Positions 1 to 8,150 of a stretch of DNA of 19,225 bases are shown piece by piece. The translations under genes were made by a program, and so were the position numbers. The notes beneath the pieces are model-generated. The model was not told the origin of the DNA. It ran no database searches and saw only the letters and a list, made by a program, of their open reading frames with translations. Every line of letters starts with the position of its first letter. The stretch's first letter is position 1. Source of the stretch: Planctomycetota bacterium (GTDB lineage Bacteria > Planctomycetota > B15-G4 > JADJEK01); the NCBI GenBank assembly GCA_044225365.1, contig JBGAIQ010000082.1, forward strand, positions 1-19,225. Direction: 5' to 3'.

Positions 1-736
1 CGATGCTCGCGCCCGCCTGGCCCGACAGCGAGCCCGCGTCGAGGGTGAACGTGTCGTTCTGGATCGTGCCGGCGGTGAACTGCACCACGTCCGCGCCGTT
101 CGCTGTGACGTCGACGAGCGAGCGATCGGAATCCCACGCCGTCACGTCCTTCTTGGCGACGACGTAGGCCTTCGCGGTCTGGCCGACGATGAACGGAAAG
201 CGCCCGGGATCGATCGCGATCTGGATCGAGTCGAGCCCTTGGTTGAATGCTCTCACGTATTCGAAGAAGGGACTCGTCGCGAGCGACTTGCCGGCGAGAT
301 CGGTGTTGCGGAACGGGAGCGTGCTGAACTGAACGCTCGCACCGTTGCTGAAATCGATCCCGAACAGCGCGTTCGCATCGAGCACGACCGCCGTCGCGAA
401 GATGTTGCGACCGTCGAGCGCCGGATCGTTCGGGAGGGCGAAGTTGAACGTCACAATGCCCGAGCCCGGCAGATTGCCGATCGGATAGACCTGGACGAGC
501 GAGGAGAACTCGACGTCGAGCGTCCGCCCGAGATAGTTCGTGGGACCGGAGAAGGCATCGACGATGAGGTAGGCCGGCTGACCGGGCGCGCCGGTCACGG
601 TCACGTTCATCGAACTGCCGATCTGGCGAAGGACCGAATCCTTACCGTCGAACTTCAGGGTTGCCGCCGATGCGGATGCTGCAAGAAGGGCCGAGCTCGT
701 GGCCACGGCAAGGAATGCACGACCGATTGCCCGCAT
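1..736 (-). CDS. Secreted protein of unknown function, N-terminal ~245 aa (runs off the left edge; missing from the ORF track)
   Basis: Manual translation from the ATG at 736, with GAGGAG RBS 8 nt upstream: MRAIGRAFLAVATSSALLAASASA|ATLKFDGKDSVLRQIGSSMNVTVTGAPGQPAYLIVD...SPFFEYVRAFNQGLDSIQIAIDPGRFPFIVGQTAKAYVV...; open to position 1; Sec-type signal peptide ending in ASA. Confidence 0.85.
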   Translation of the reverse strand, partial: MRAIGRAFLAVATSSALLAASASAATLKFDGKDSVLRQIGSSMNVTVTGAPGQPAYLIVDAFSGPTNYLGRTLDVEFSSLVQVYPIGNLPGSGIVTFNFALPNDPALDGRNIFATAVVLDANALFGIDFSNGASVQFSTLPFRNTDLAGKSLATSPFFEYVRAFNQGLDSIQIAIDPGRFPFIVGQTAKAYVVAKKDVTAWDSDRSLVDVTANGADVVQFTAGTIQNDTFTLDAGSLSGQAGASI

Positions 737-808
737 GCGGGTGTCTCCTCGGTGAACGATCTCTGGACGCTGGGTCTGCGCGAAGGGAGAAGCGTGCAGT
801 ATTCCGCA

Positions 809-822
809 CGAACCGCGGTTCG
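809..822. promoter_or_regulatory. Perfect 14-bp palindrome CGAACCGCGGTTCG, possible operator
   Basis: Lies in the intergenic region between divergent genes, within a weak minus-strand TTGCCG-N17-AATACT promoter-like arrangement upstream of the 736 start. Confidence 0.35.
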
Positions 823-884
823 GCAAGCCCGCAAGGGCCTCGGATCGCCTGGAACTCTCCCCGCCCTCGGGATTAGGATGCCCA

Positions 885-1050
885 TAAATGACCGTTCACG
901 ATTCGGCGTGGTTGCCGAGGCCGAGCGAGGAGCGTGCGGGCGAGGAGAACCGACGAGGCGACTCGGTAGGTGAGTCGGAGAGGAGGTTCGACGAAGCCCC
1001 CGCGCTCCGCAGCCGGCCGCAGGCCACGCGGAATCGTGAACGGTCATCTA
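885..1050. mobile_element. MITE-like or REP-like non-coding element with 27-bp terminal inverted repeats and nested internal stems
   Basis: 885-911 TAAATGACCGTTCACGATTCGGCGTGG versus the reverse complement of 1024-1050 TAGATGACCGTTCACGATTCCGCGTGG (25/27 identical). Internal nested pairs: 919-923/1014-1018, 929-936/1001-1008, 938-941/996-999, 947-951/985-989, 959-964/972-977. The repeat is seen directly; the mobile-element call is inference. Confidence 0.65.
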
Positions 1051-1088
1051 GAATCACGGAACTCCACCGCTCCTCTCGGATGCTCTCG

Positions 1089-3749
1089 ATGCGGAAAAAC
1101 CTGCTTTCGTCCGCCTTCGTCCTATGCGTCACGCTCGCTCTTCCTCATCGCGCCGAGGCGCAGCAGGTCGTCCTGGGTTCCAGCGCGGTCGACGCGGTTC
1201 GCTCGAAGTTGCGTGTTTCACGGTTCGCCGCGCAACGGATCGCGATCCACTCCCCGCTCGAGAATCACCTCGTTCTGATCGTCGACTTCGACGACTCTCC
1301 GGTCGCTCTCGATCTCCATCGCAAGCCGGTGCGCTCCGACGACTACTCGTTCGAGACCGTCGCGAACGGTAAGCATCATGCGATCACTCCGCCGCCCGAG
1401 CGGACGTACCGCGGCGATGCGTACTTCATGAACGGCGACGGTCGCCGCTGGCGCGTCGCGGCAACCCTGGTCGATGGTGAACTGCGCGCGTTCCTGCATT
1501 CCGAGGGCGGCGAACTGCGGTGCATCCAGCCCCTTTCCGATGTCGTGCCGGGCGCGGAGAAGGACCTCCACGTCGCGTTCCGCGGCGAGGACGTGGAGAA
1601 GGCGCCGGGACGATGTGCGCTCGACGTCCTCTCCGACGCGATCGGAACGGCCAAGTCGAAAGCGAGCGGGAACAAGGGGTGGCTCGAAGCGAGCGCCAAA
1701 GCGTCGCTGAAACTCGCCGAGATCGCGTTCGAGGGCGACACGCTGTACTACGCCGCGAAGGGAAGCAACCCGACGAGTGCCCAGGCCGACCTCGACACAC
1801 TCATGAACGCGATCACGTCGATCTACGAAGCGCAGGTCGGGATCACCTACGAGATCACGGCGTTCGTCCTCCAGACCGACGGCAGCGAGCAATACTCGAG
1901 CATCAACGCCGACATCCTGCTCGGTCAGTTCAAGAACTTCTGGAACGCGAACGAAGGCGCCATCCATCGCGACACCGTCCATCTGCTCACCGGTCGCAAC
2001 ATCCAGGGCGGCACGATCGGGATCGCGTTCGTCGGCGTCGTCTGCGATCTACCGTTCGCATACGGTCTCGCGCAGACGACGTGGTCGGCGAACCTGCTCG
2101 ATCGAATTTCGCTCTCGGCGCACGAGATCGGCCACAACTGGAATGCGAATCATTGCGACGGGATCAACGACTGCGGGATCATGTGCTCGTTCATCAACTC
2201 GTGTGCGGGCGACTACCAGGTCTTCGGCAACAGCGAACAGAACGCGATCGAGTCGTTCCGCGACACCCTGAACTGTCTCTCGACCTTTCATCCACCCACC
2301 GCCGCCCCCTTCATCGACACCTTCGAATCGAGCGCGCTCGATTCCGATCTCTGGCAATCCAACAAAGGAGCGGCGATCTCGAGCGCCGCCAAGGGCGAGA
2401 CGAGTGGAACGCGGAGCGTCGCGATCAGTCTCGGCGCAACGGGTACGGACAAACTCCTGTCCAAGGCGATCGATCCCACGGCGTTGATGAGCGCGGATCT
2501 CGCCTTCTACGTCGAGCATCGCGGCGTCGAGACCGGCGAATCCCTCGCCCTGCAATTCAAGGACGCGAACGGCGCATGGGTCGATCTCGCGACGATCGTC
2601 TCCGATGGAGTGAAGGAAAACACGTTTACGCCGCACGTCGTCGCATTGCCGCCCGAGGCAATGTACGAGGGCGTGAAGTTCCGCTTCAAACCGTCGATCG
2701 ACGATGCCGGTGACGACTGGTTCGTCGACGACTTCCAGATCCGCGCCGCATCGGCGCCGCTCGGCCCGACGTTCGATCCCTCGCTGCCCGAATCCCCCGT
2801 CGTGATGCACGAGACCGGAGCTCCGGATGTAAACGCGAGCTTCACCGTCGGCAACTCGGGGACGACGGGCGGCAACCTCGCTTTTTCCGCGGGCGAAGTC
2901 GTCGACGTGCCCTGGCTCGCCGTCTCCACGCCTTCGGGCAACCTCGCATCCCAAGCGACGACGAACGTCGACCTCTCGACGACGAGCGCCGCGGCTGCGC
3001 CCGGGATCAACACCGCACGAGTTCGCGTCTCTCGCACGAATGGTCCTCCCGCGAGCAGCTACGACGAACCGATCACGTTGATCGAATACCCCGCGACCCC
3101 GTTCACTCCGGGCGACACCCTCACGGGAACGATCGGCGTTGCATCCGAAGTGGATGCATGCGGCTTCGTCGCGTTGCCCGGCGAGACGTTGTCGGTGAAG
3201 CTCGCGGCGGTGACGGGCGGCCTCAAGGCGACGGTACGCGTCTTCGATTCCAGCAACGCTCAGCTCGTCGAGATGAAGTTCACGAGCAAGGGTTCGACTT
3301 CGAGCGTCACGCTCCCCTCGCTCGGGGTGTATCGCCTCACGGTCGAAGGCCGCTCGGGTTCGATCGGCGGCTATACCCTCGCGACCTCCCACGTGCTCCC
3401 CGCGGGCGCGACCGCGAAGAGCTCGAAGACTTCGCCAACGACGGCGGGCGGCACCGTGACCGCGACCGTCCTCGCGCTGCCCGGCGCCCGGCTCGGCGTC
3501 ACCGTGGCCCCGAAGAACTCGGGCTTCGGGCCGTTCTCCGTGGGTGTTACGGGCCCACTCGGCGAAGTGCTCGACACGAGCGTGTTCTCCTCTCCGTTGC
3601 CGGACGGCGGCGTCCTCGTTCGCAACCTGCCGCTGCTTCCTGGCAGCCACACGGTCACGATCTCGGGATTCGCTGGAACCGAGTCGGTCGCGTTGACGAT
3701 CGATCCCATGCAGCCGACGTCGAGCGGCACGACGATCTCGATCGACTGA
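1089..3749 (+). CDS. Secreted zinc metallopeptidase, M12/reprolysin-like, with C-terminal beta-sandwich, BACON-like and PPC-like domains
   Basis: Signal peptide MRKNLLSSAFVLCVTLALPHRAEA; prodomain with a Cys (GRCALD); GGTIGIAFVGVVC; zinc motif HEIGHNWNANH followed by Met-turn CGIMCS; VPWLAVSTPSG (BACON-like); GTIGVASEVD..FVALPGETLSV (PPC-like). Start is 1080 or 1089; the ORF-track start at 888 lies inside the repeat element. Confidence 0.85.
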   Translation: MRKNLLSSAFVLCVTLALPHRAEAQQVVLGSSAVDAVRSKLRVSRFAAQRIAIHSPLENHLVLIVDFDDSPVALDLHRKPVRSDDYSFETVANGKHHAITPPPERTYRGDAYFMNGDGRRWRVAATLVDGELRAFLHSEGGELRCIQPLSDVVPGAEKDLHVAFRGEDVEKAPGRCALDVLSDAIGTAKSKASGNKGWLEASAKASLKLAEIAFEGDTLYYAAKGSNPTSAQADLDTLMNAITSIYEAQVGITYEITAFVLQTDGSEQYSSINADILLGQFKNFWNANEGAIHRDTVHLLTGRNIQGGTIGIAFVGVVCDLPFAYGLAQTTWSANLLDRISLSAHEIGHNWNANHCDGINDCGIMCSFINSCAGDYQVFGNSEQNAIESFRDTLNCLSTFHPPTAAPFIDTFESSALDSDLWQSNKGAAISSAAKGETSGTRSVAISLGATGTDKLLSKAIDPTALMSADLAFYVEHRGVETGESLALQFKDANGAWVDLATIVSDGVKENTFTPHVVALPPEAMYEGVKFRFKPSIDDAGDDWFVDDFQIRAASAPLGPTFDPSLPESPVVMHETGAPDVNASFTVGNSGTTGGNLAFSAGEVVDVPWLAVSTPSGNLASQATTNVDLSTTSAAAAPGINTARVRVSRTNGPPASSYDEPITLIEYPATPFTPGDTLTGTIGVASEVDACGFVALPGETLSVKLAAVTGGLKATVRVFDSSNAQLVEMKFTSKGSTSSVTLPSLGVYRLTVEGRSGSIGGYTLATSHVLPAGATAKSSKTSPTTAGGTVTATVLALPGARLGVTVAPKNSGFGPFSVGVTGPLGEVLDTSVFSSPLPDGGVLVRNLPLLPGSHTVTISGFAGTESVALTIDPMQPTSSGTTISID

Positions 3750-3756
3750 CGGTGCG

Positions 3757-5373
3757 CTACTTGAGGGCGACGGAGTAGAGCAGCGAGGAATCCGCGAAAC
3801 CGTCGCCCGTGTCGCCGATCTTCGTCACCACGAGCGAATCCTCGCGCTTCAACTGGCGCGCGCCCTTCTCACGAGTCAGCACGAACGATCTCTTGCCCTT
3901 CTCCAATTGCGGCAGGAGATCGTCGATCTCGTCGGCGAACGAGATGTTGCGCTCGAGGAAGAAGCGCGCGGCGTGCGGCTTCGAGATCCCGAGGACGATC
4001 ACCGTCTCGTCGCTTCGAATCGCCTTCTGCGCCACCGAGGCGAGAGCGGGCCAACCGAAATTGGCGTTCGTGACGCGCGCGATCAGCGGCTCGGCGAAGA
4101 TCAGGAATACGGCGACCTGCAGCAGGAGATTCGCGGGAAGGCTCTCTGCCCGTTCCCGCGCCGAAACGAACGCTGCCCACGACGCCGCCCCACCGAGCAC
4201 GAGCAGGAGTGCGATGTCGACGCCGCCGAATCCGACCTCCCCCCGCAGTTGCCACGACACGAAGCTTGGCAGGGCCACGCACGCCAGGGCGAAGATCGCC
4301 GCCAACACGCTTGCGGCGGTCGCCTCGCCGCGCGCCATCGCGCGCTCCTTGCGCAGGATCCTCGCGAGATGGTCACCGACGACGAGTGAGAGCGGCGGCG
4401 CGAGCGGGAGCATGTAGATCTCGCGCTTGCTCGGGACGAGGGCGAGGACGCTGAAGAAGACAACGCCCCACAGGAAGAACGTCTTCGCATTCGCACTGAG
4501 TTGGCCACGCCGCAATGCAAATGGCAGGAAGGCCGTGAGCGGCAGCATCGCGGCGAGCGAGCCCAGATAGTCGGTGCTCACGGGCCACGGCGAGTAATGA
4601 CTGCTCCCGGCCGTCCGCTCGACGACCTGCCGTTTCAGGTACATCGCCATCGTTTCGTCCCATCCGAGCTCCTGGACGACGAAGTAGAACCAGGCGGCGA
4701 ACGGAGCGATGCCGAGCAAGGCGAAGAGCAGCGCGAATCGAGGACGCTTCAGGAAACTCGCATCGCGATGCGTGTAGCACCACGCAAGAGGACCGAGCAG
4801 GCCGAAGAGCGCGATGTGACCCTTCACGAGCGACGCGATCGCGAAGCCGAGCGACGCGAGCAGACCGCACGAGAATCGCCGTTCGGCGACCGCGCGGATC
4901 CCGCCGTAAGCACACAGCGTGATGCCGAAGGTGAGGAGCGCGTCGAGCTGCGCCGATCGCGCGAAGTGATGCGACAAAGGACAAGCAGCGAATCCGATCG
5001 CCGCGAGCGCTCCAGCGCCCGACGCGAGGAATCGCTTGCCGAGATCGAGGACGAGCAGCGCCGTGAGGAAGTGCGAGACGACGTTCGGCAGGAAGTACGC
5101 GAACGAAGAGAATCCGAAGGCTCTACCGGAAAGGAGCGCGAGCCAGAAATAGAGCGGCGGCTTCTCGGTGTAGCGCCCGCCGAAGATCAGCGGGATCGCG
5201 TACGATCGCGCGTCACTCATCTCGCGGGCGATCTCTGCGTATCGCGGCTCGTCGAAGTACGTGAGATCACGCAACCAGAACTGATAGAAGGCGAGCAGCG
5301 CCGCGATCACGATCGCGACGCGCGTGATCCGCTTCTCGTCGTTCCAGTCCACCATCGCGCGCAAATCGAGCAC
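3757..5373 (-). CDS. ArnT/PMT-like (GT-C fold, GT39/GT83) integral membrane glycosyltransferase
   Basis: DEPRYAEIAREM, YTEKPPLYFW, ARSAQLDALL, LVKG, SKREIYMLP motifs and many hydrophobic segments. Start is GTG 5373 or ATG 5355. Confidence 0.88.
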   Translation of the reverse strand: MLDLRAMVDWNDEKRITRVAIVIAALLAFYQFWLRDLTYFDEPRYAEIAREMSDARSYAIPLIFGGRYTEKPPLYFWLALLSGRAFGFSSFAYFLPNVVSHFLTALLVLDLGKRFLASGAGALAAIGFAACPLSHHFARSAQLDALLTFGITLCAYGGIRAVAERRFSCGLLASLGFAIASLVKGHIALFGLLGPLAWCYTHRDASFLKRPRFALLFALLGIAPFAAWFYFVVQELGWDETMAMYLKRQVVERTAGSSHYSPWPVSTDYLGSLAAMLPLTAFLPFALRRGQLSANAKTFFLWGVVFFSVLALVPSKREIYMLPLAPPLSLVVGDHLARILRKERAMARGEATAASVLAAIFALACVALPSFVSWQLRGEVGFGGVDIALLLVLGGAASWAAFVSARERAESLPANLLLQVAVFLIFAEPLIARVTNANFGWPALASVAQKAIRSDETVIVLGISKPHAARFFLERNISFADEIDDLLPQLEKGKRSFVLTREKGARQLKREDSLVVTKIGDTGDGFADSSLLYSVALK

Positions 5374-5502
5374 TCCTCGCCGACGCCTCGCAATCCGCGG
5401 ATTCTTTGGGCTCGCGATTGGAAATTCAATAGGAGGCGCACGCGGTTTCCCATTCCGGCCGACTCTTCGCGCTTCCCAGCCCCCGCCCCCACTACACCCG
5501 CA

Positions 5503-7992
5503 CTAAAAAGGTCGAGCGATCACGAGGTCGTTCACACCGCCCGTGGGCACGTCGATCGGCCGGATCGATTCCGCCGCGCCCTTCCTGCGCAACACGATCT
5601 CGTTGCGTCCGACCTGGATCCGCTTCAATTCGAACGTACCGTCGCTCCCGACGAAGGCGGAGGCCCAGGTGTAATGCGTCATCGCGTGGCGCGGATCCTG
5701 CGGGGCGTAGCGCACGATCACCAAGGTCTGCGGGGCCGGCTTCGCAGGATCTTCGATCCTTCCATGTACGGTCGCGGTCTCGATCGCGATCGCCGTCGAT
5801 TCCCTCGCGAGCGGCGCGATCGCGACCTCGGTTCCGGCGTACTCGGTCGAGTCGGCGACGACGACCGTCAGGAAGTACGTCCTCGGCGGCAAGCGGGTGA
5901 AGAGGAAGCGCCCCAATGCGTCCGACGTCGTCCTCAGGACCTGGACGAAACCGGAATCCGCGCCGCCGTCGATCGGGCGCGCCAGCAACACCGCCGCTCC
6001 CGCCGGAGCACCGTCGACGAGCACCGTCCCCTCGAGCGAGCCGCATTCCCGGGGATCGACGACGAGCGCCACCGTCGTCACCGCGCCATTCGTCACGACG
6101 TGGCGGAACTCCCCGTCGTTGGGTAGCCCAGGCGCTCTGACCGAAAGCGGCGATCCCACGTTCTCGTCCGACCGTTCGGCATGCACGGCGTACCGACCGG
6201 GAACGAGATTCTCGAGACGCACGCGTCCCTTCGCATCGGTGAACCCGTTCACGTCGTAGCCTTCGAGGAGCTGAGCGTAGACGCCGATGCCCTCGACGGG
6301 CTTCCCGAGCGGGTCCTTCACGATGGCTTCGATCGCTCCGCCGACGACGAGTTCCACGGACGCGCGCACCTCCGTTCCGGGAACGATCGTCACCTCGAGG
6401 ACGGCGGGCGCGTATCCGCTCGCTCGCACCTCGATGCGCCGCACTCCTCCGCCGAGGTTCGAGAAGTGCGCGATGCCGTCCGAGGGAGTGCTCGCCGTCG
6501 CGAGGGCGGCGTCGGCGCCCGAGAAGGGCCGCTCGAGTCCCGCAGCGGGTCCGAAGACGGCGATCCGCGCCGCTTCGATCGGATCGTGCGTGCTTTGATC
6601 CGATACGACGACCTCGAGAGCATCGGGCGCCGCGAACTCGATCGTCACTTCGACCGGTTCCTCCGCCTCCTCGATCGGTGCGAGGGCGAACGGATCCGAC
6701 ATCGCCGGCGCGCGATTTGCCGCCCGACATCGCACGCGGGCCCGGACATCGCTCGAGACCGTGCCGACGACGAGCTCGAACGATCCGTCCGGTTCGATCC
6801 TCGCCTTCGCCGCGCGCGGCCAGGGCCGTTCGGCATCCATTCCGTCGATCATCCGCAACTCGACGGAATCGATCGGGACCGCCGCTTTCGAACCCGCGTC
6901 GACGCAGCGGCCATGGATTCGACGGCCGCGCTTCAGAACGATCTCGATCGTCTCGCTCTCGTCGCCGGATCGCGGGTTCTCGGGCTTCGACGAGAGTTGG
7001 GTGGACGCCTCCTCGTAACCCGTCGCGATCGTCGAGATCCGGCACTCGCGCGTCGCGAGCCGCTCGAACACGAAGGATCCGTCCGCCGCCGAGGTCGTGA
7101 AATCACGAGCTTCTTCTCCGCCCTCGCGCGTGCGCGCGAACGCGGTCGAATCCGCGCCCTCGATGGGTCGCCGCGCTTCGTCGACGACCCGGCCCCTCAC
7201 GAGAGTCGCGGCGACCATTTCGATCCGCAGATCGAGCTTCGATTCGCCGGGAGCGAGATCGAGCGCGAGACCCTGCCGATCCGACAGGCCCCTCGACACC
7301 GCATGGAGATCGTGGTGACCCGCCGGCAGACGATGGAATTCGAAGCGGCCCTCCCGATCCGAGTTCGTCTCGACGTTCAGATCCGACACGGAGACCCTGC
7401 TCCCTGCGAGCGGGGAGCCGGACGGATCGACGACGACTCCCGCGATCGCGGCGCCATGCTCGAGTTCGAGCGGGCCGACTTCGATGTCCGCGCCGGGAGC
7501 GAGCCGGGGCACCTCGCGACGGGCGAAGGCGTCGGTCCCCTCACTCGCATAGATCTCGAAGTCCGTGCCGGGAGGGATCTCGTCGAACCGGAATCGCCCG
7601 TCCTCACCGCTCGTCGTGCTCGCGAGCTTCTTCGACACTTCGTCGCTCAACCGGAACTCGACGAGCACACCGCGGACGGATTTGCCGTTCTCGACGATGG
7701 AGCCGCGGACCCGGCATTCCTCTCGCTGTCCCACCGCCGCGGAATCGACCGCTCGACGCGAAGCGTCAGGCGTGAGTTGCCCGGGAGCGATAGTCTCGCG
7801 CTTTTCCGATTCCGCGACGCCGTTCGGCGAATTCGGAACTTCCTCGCTATGGCCCGCGATCTCCGCCGCCTTCTGCGTGTCCGTGGGGGCGAGGTTCGCG
7901 AGATCTTGGGACAGCAAGAAGTAGGAAGTGACGGCGAGCAATCCGATGACAGCGATGCTCGCAACCACCGTTCGTTGGATCGAGAGGTTCAT
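5503..7992 (-). CDS. Membrane-anchored protein with ~8 carboxypeptidase-regulatory-like (CnaB/transthyretin-like) repeats
   Basis: N-terminal hydrophobic helix (VVASIAVIGLLAVTSYFLL); eight G-x-V-x-D...T-x-x-DG-x-F-x-F-x-x-L-x-x-G type units (e.g. TSGEDGRFRFDEIPPG, NSDREGRFEFHRLPAG, TDAKGRVRLENLVPGRY); GAGG RBS upstream of the ATG. Confidence 0.85.
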   Translation of the reverse strand: MNLSIQRTVVASIAVIGLLAVTSYFLLSQDLANLAPTDTQKAAEIAGHSEEVPNSPNGVAESEKRETIAPGQLTPDASRRAVDSAAVGQREECRVRGSIVENGKSVRGVLVEFRLSDEVSKKLASTTSGEDGRFRFDEIPPGTDFEIYASEGTDAFARREVPRLAPGADIEVGPLELEHGAAIAGVVVDPSGSPLAGSRVSVSDLNVETNSDREGRFEFHRLPAGHHDLHAVSRGLSDRQGLALDLAPGESKLDLRIEMVAATLVRGRVVDEARRPIEGADSTAFARTREGGEEARDFTTSAADGSFVFERLATRECRISTIATGYEEASTQLSSKPENPRSGDESETIEIVLKRGRRIHGRCVDAGSKAAVPIDSVELRMIDGMDAERPWPRAAKARIEPDGSFELVVGTVSSDVRARVRCRAANRAPAMSDPFALAPIEEAEEPVEVTIEFAAPDALEVVVSDQSTHDPIEAARIAVFGPAAGLERPFSGADAALATASTPSDGIAHFSNLGGGVRRIEVRASGYAPAVLEVTIVPGTEVRASVELVVGGAIEAIVKDPLGKPVEGIGVYAQLLEGYDVNGFTDAKGRVRLENLVPGRYAVHAERSDENVGSPLSVRAPGLPNDGEFRHVVTNGAVTTVALVVDPRECGSLEGTVLVDGAPAGAAVLLARPIDGGADSGFVQVLRTTSDALGRFLFTRLPPRTYFLTVVVADSTEYAGTEVAIAPLARESTAIAIETATVHGRIEDPAKPAPQTLVIVRYAPQDPRHAMTHYTWASAFVGSDGTFELKRIQVGRNEIVLRRKGAAESIRPIDVPTGGVNDLVIARPF

Positions 7993-8150
7993 GTTGCCTC
8001 GTTACCCTTCGACGCTCGTTCGGGTGACATCGTTGGAGAACATCTCGAAAGCGTTGCGCCCTGCATTGAGAGGACGGCGCCGTGATCGAGTTCATCGATC
8101 GCGACGCCGTCTCAGCGGATGTGCAGTTCAGGAGTCGAAGCGAGCCGAGT

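Noticed and set aside
888-1088. ORF-track N-terminal extension of the peptidase and the mirror ORF 655..1047(-)
   Set aside because: Both start inside the inverted repeats of the non-coding element; the signal peptide begins at 1080/1089.
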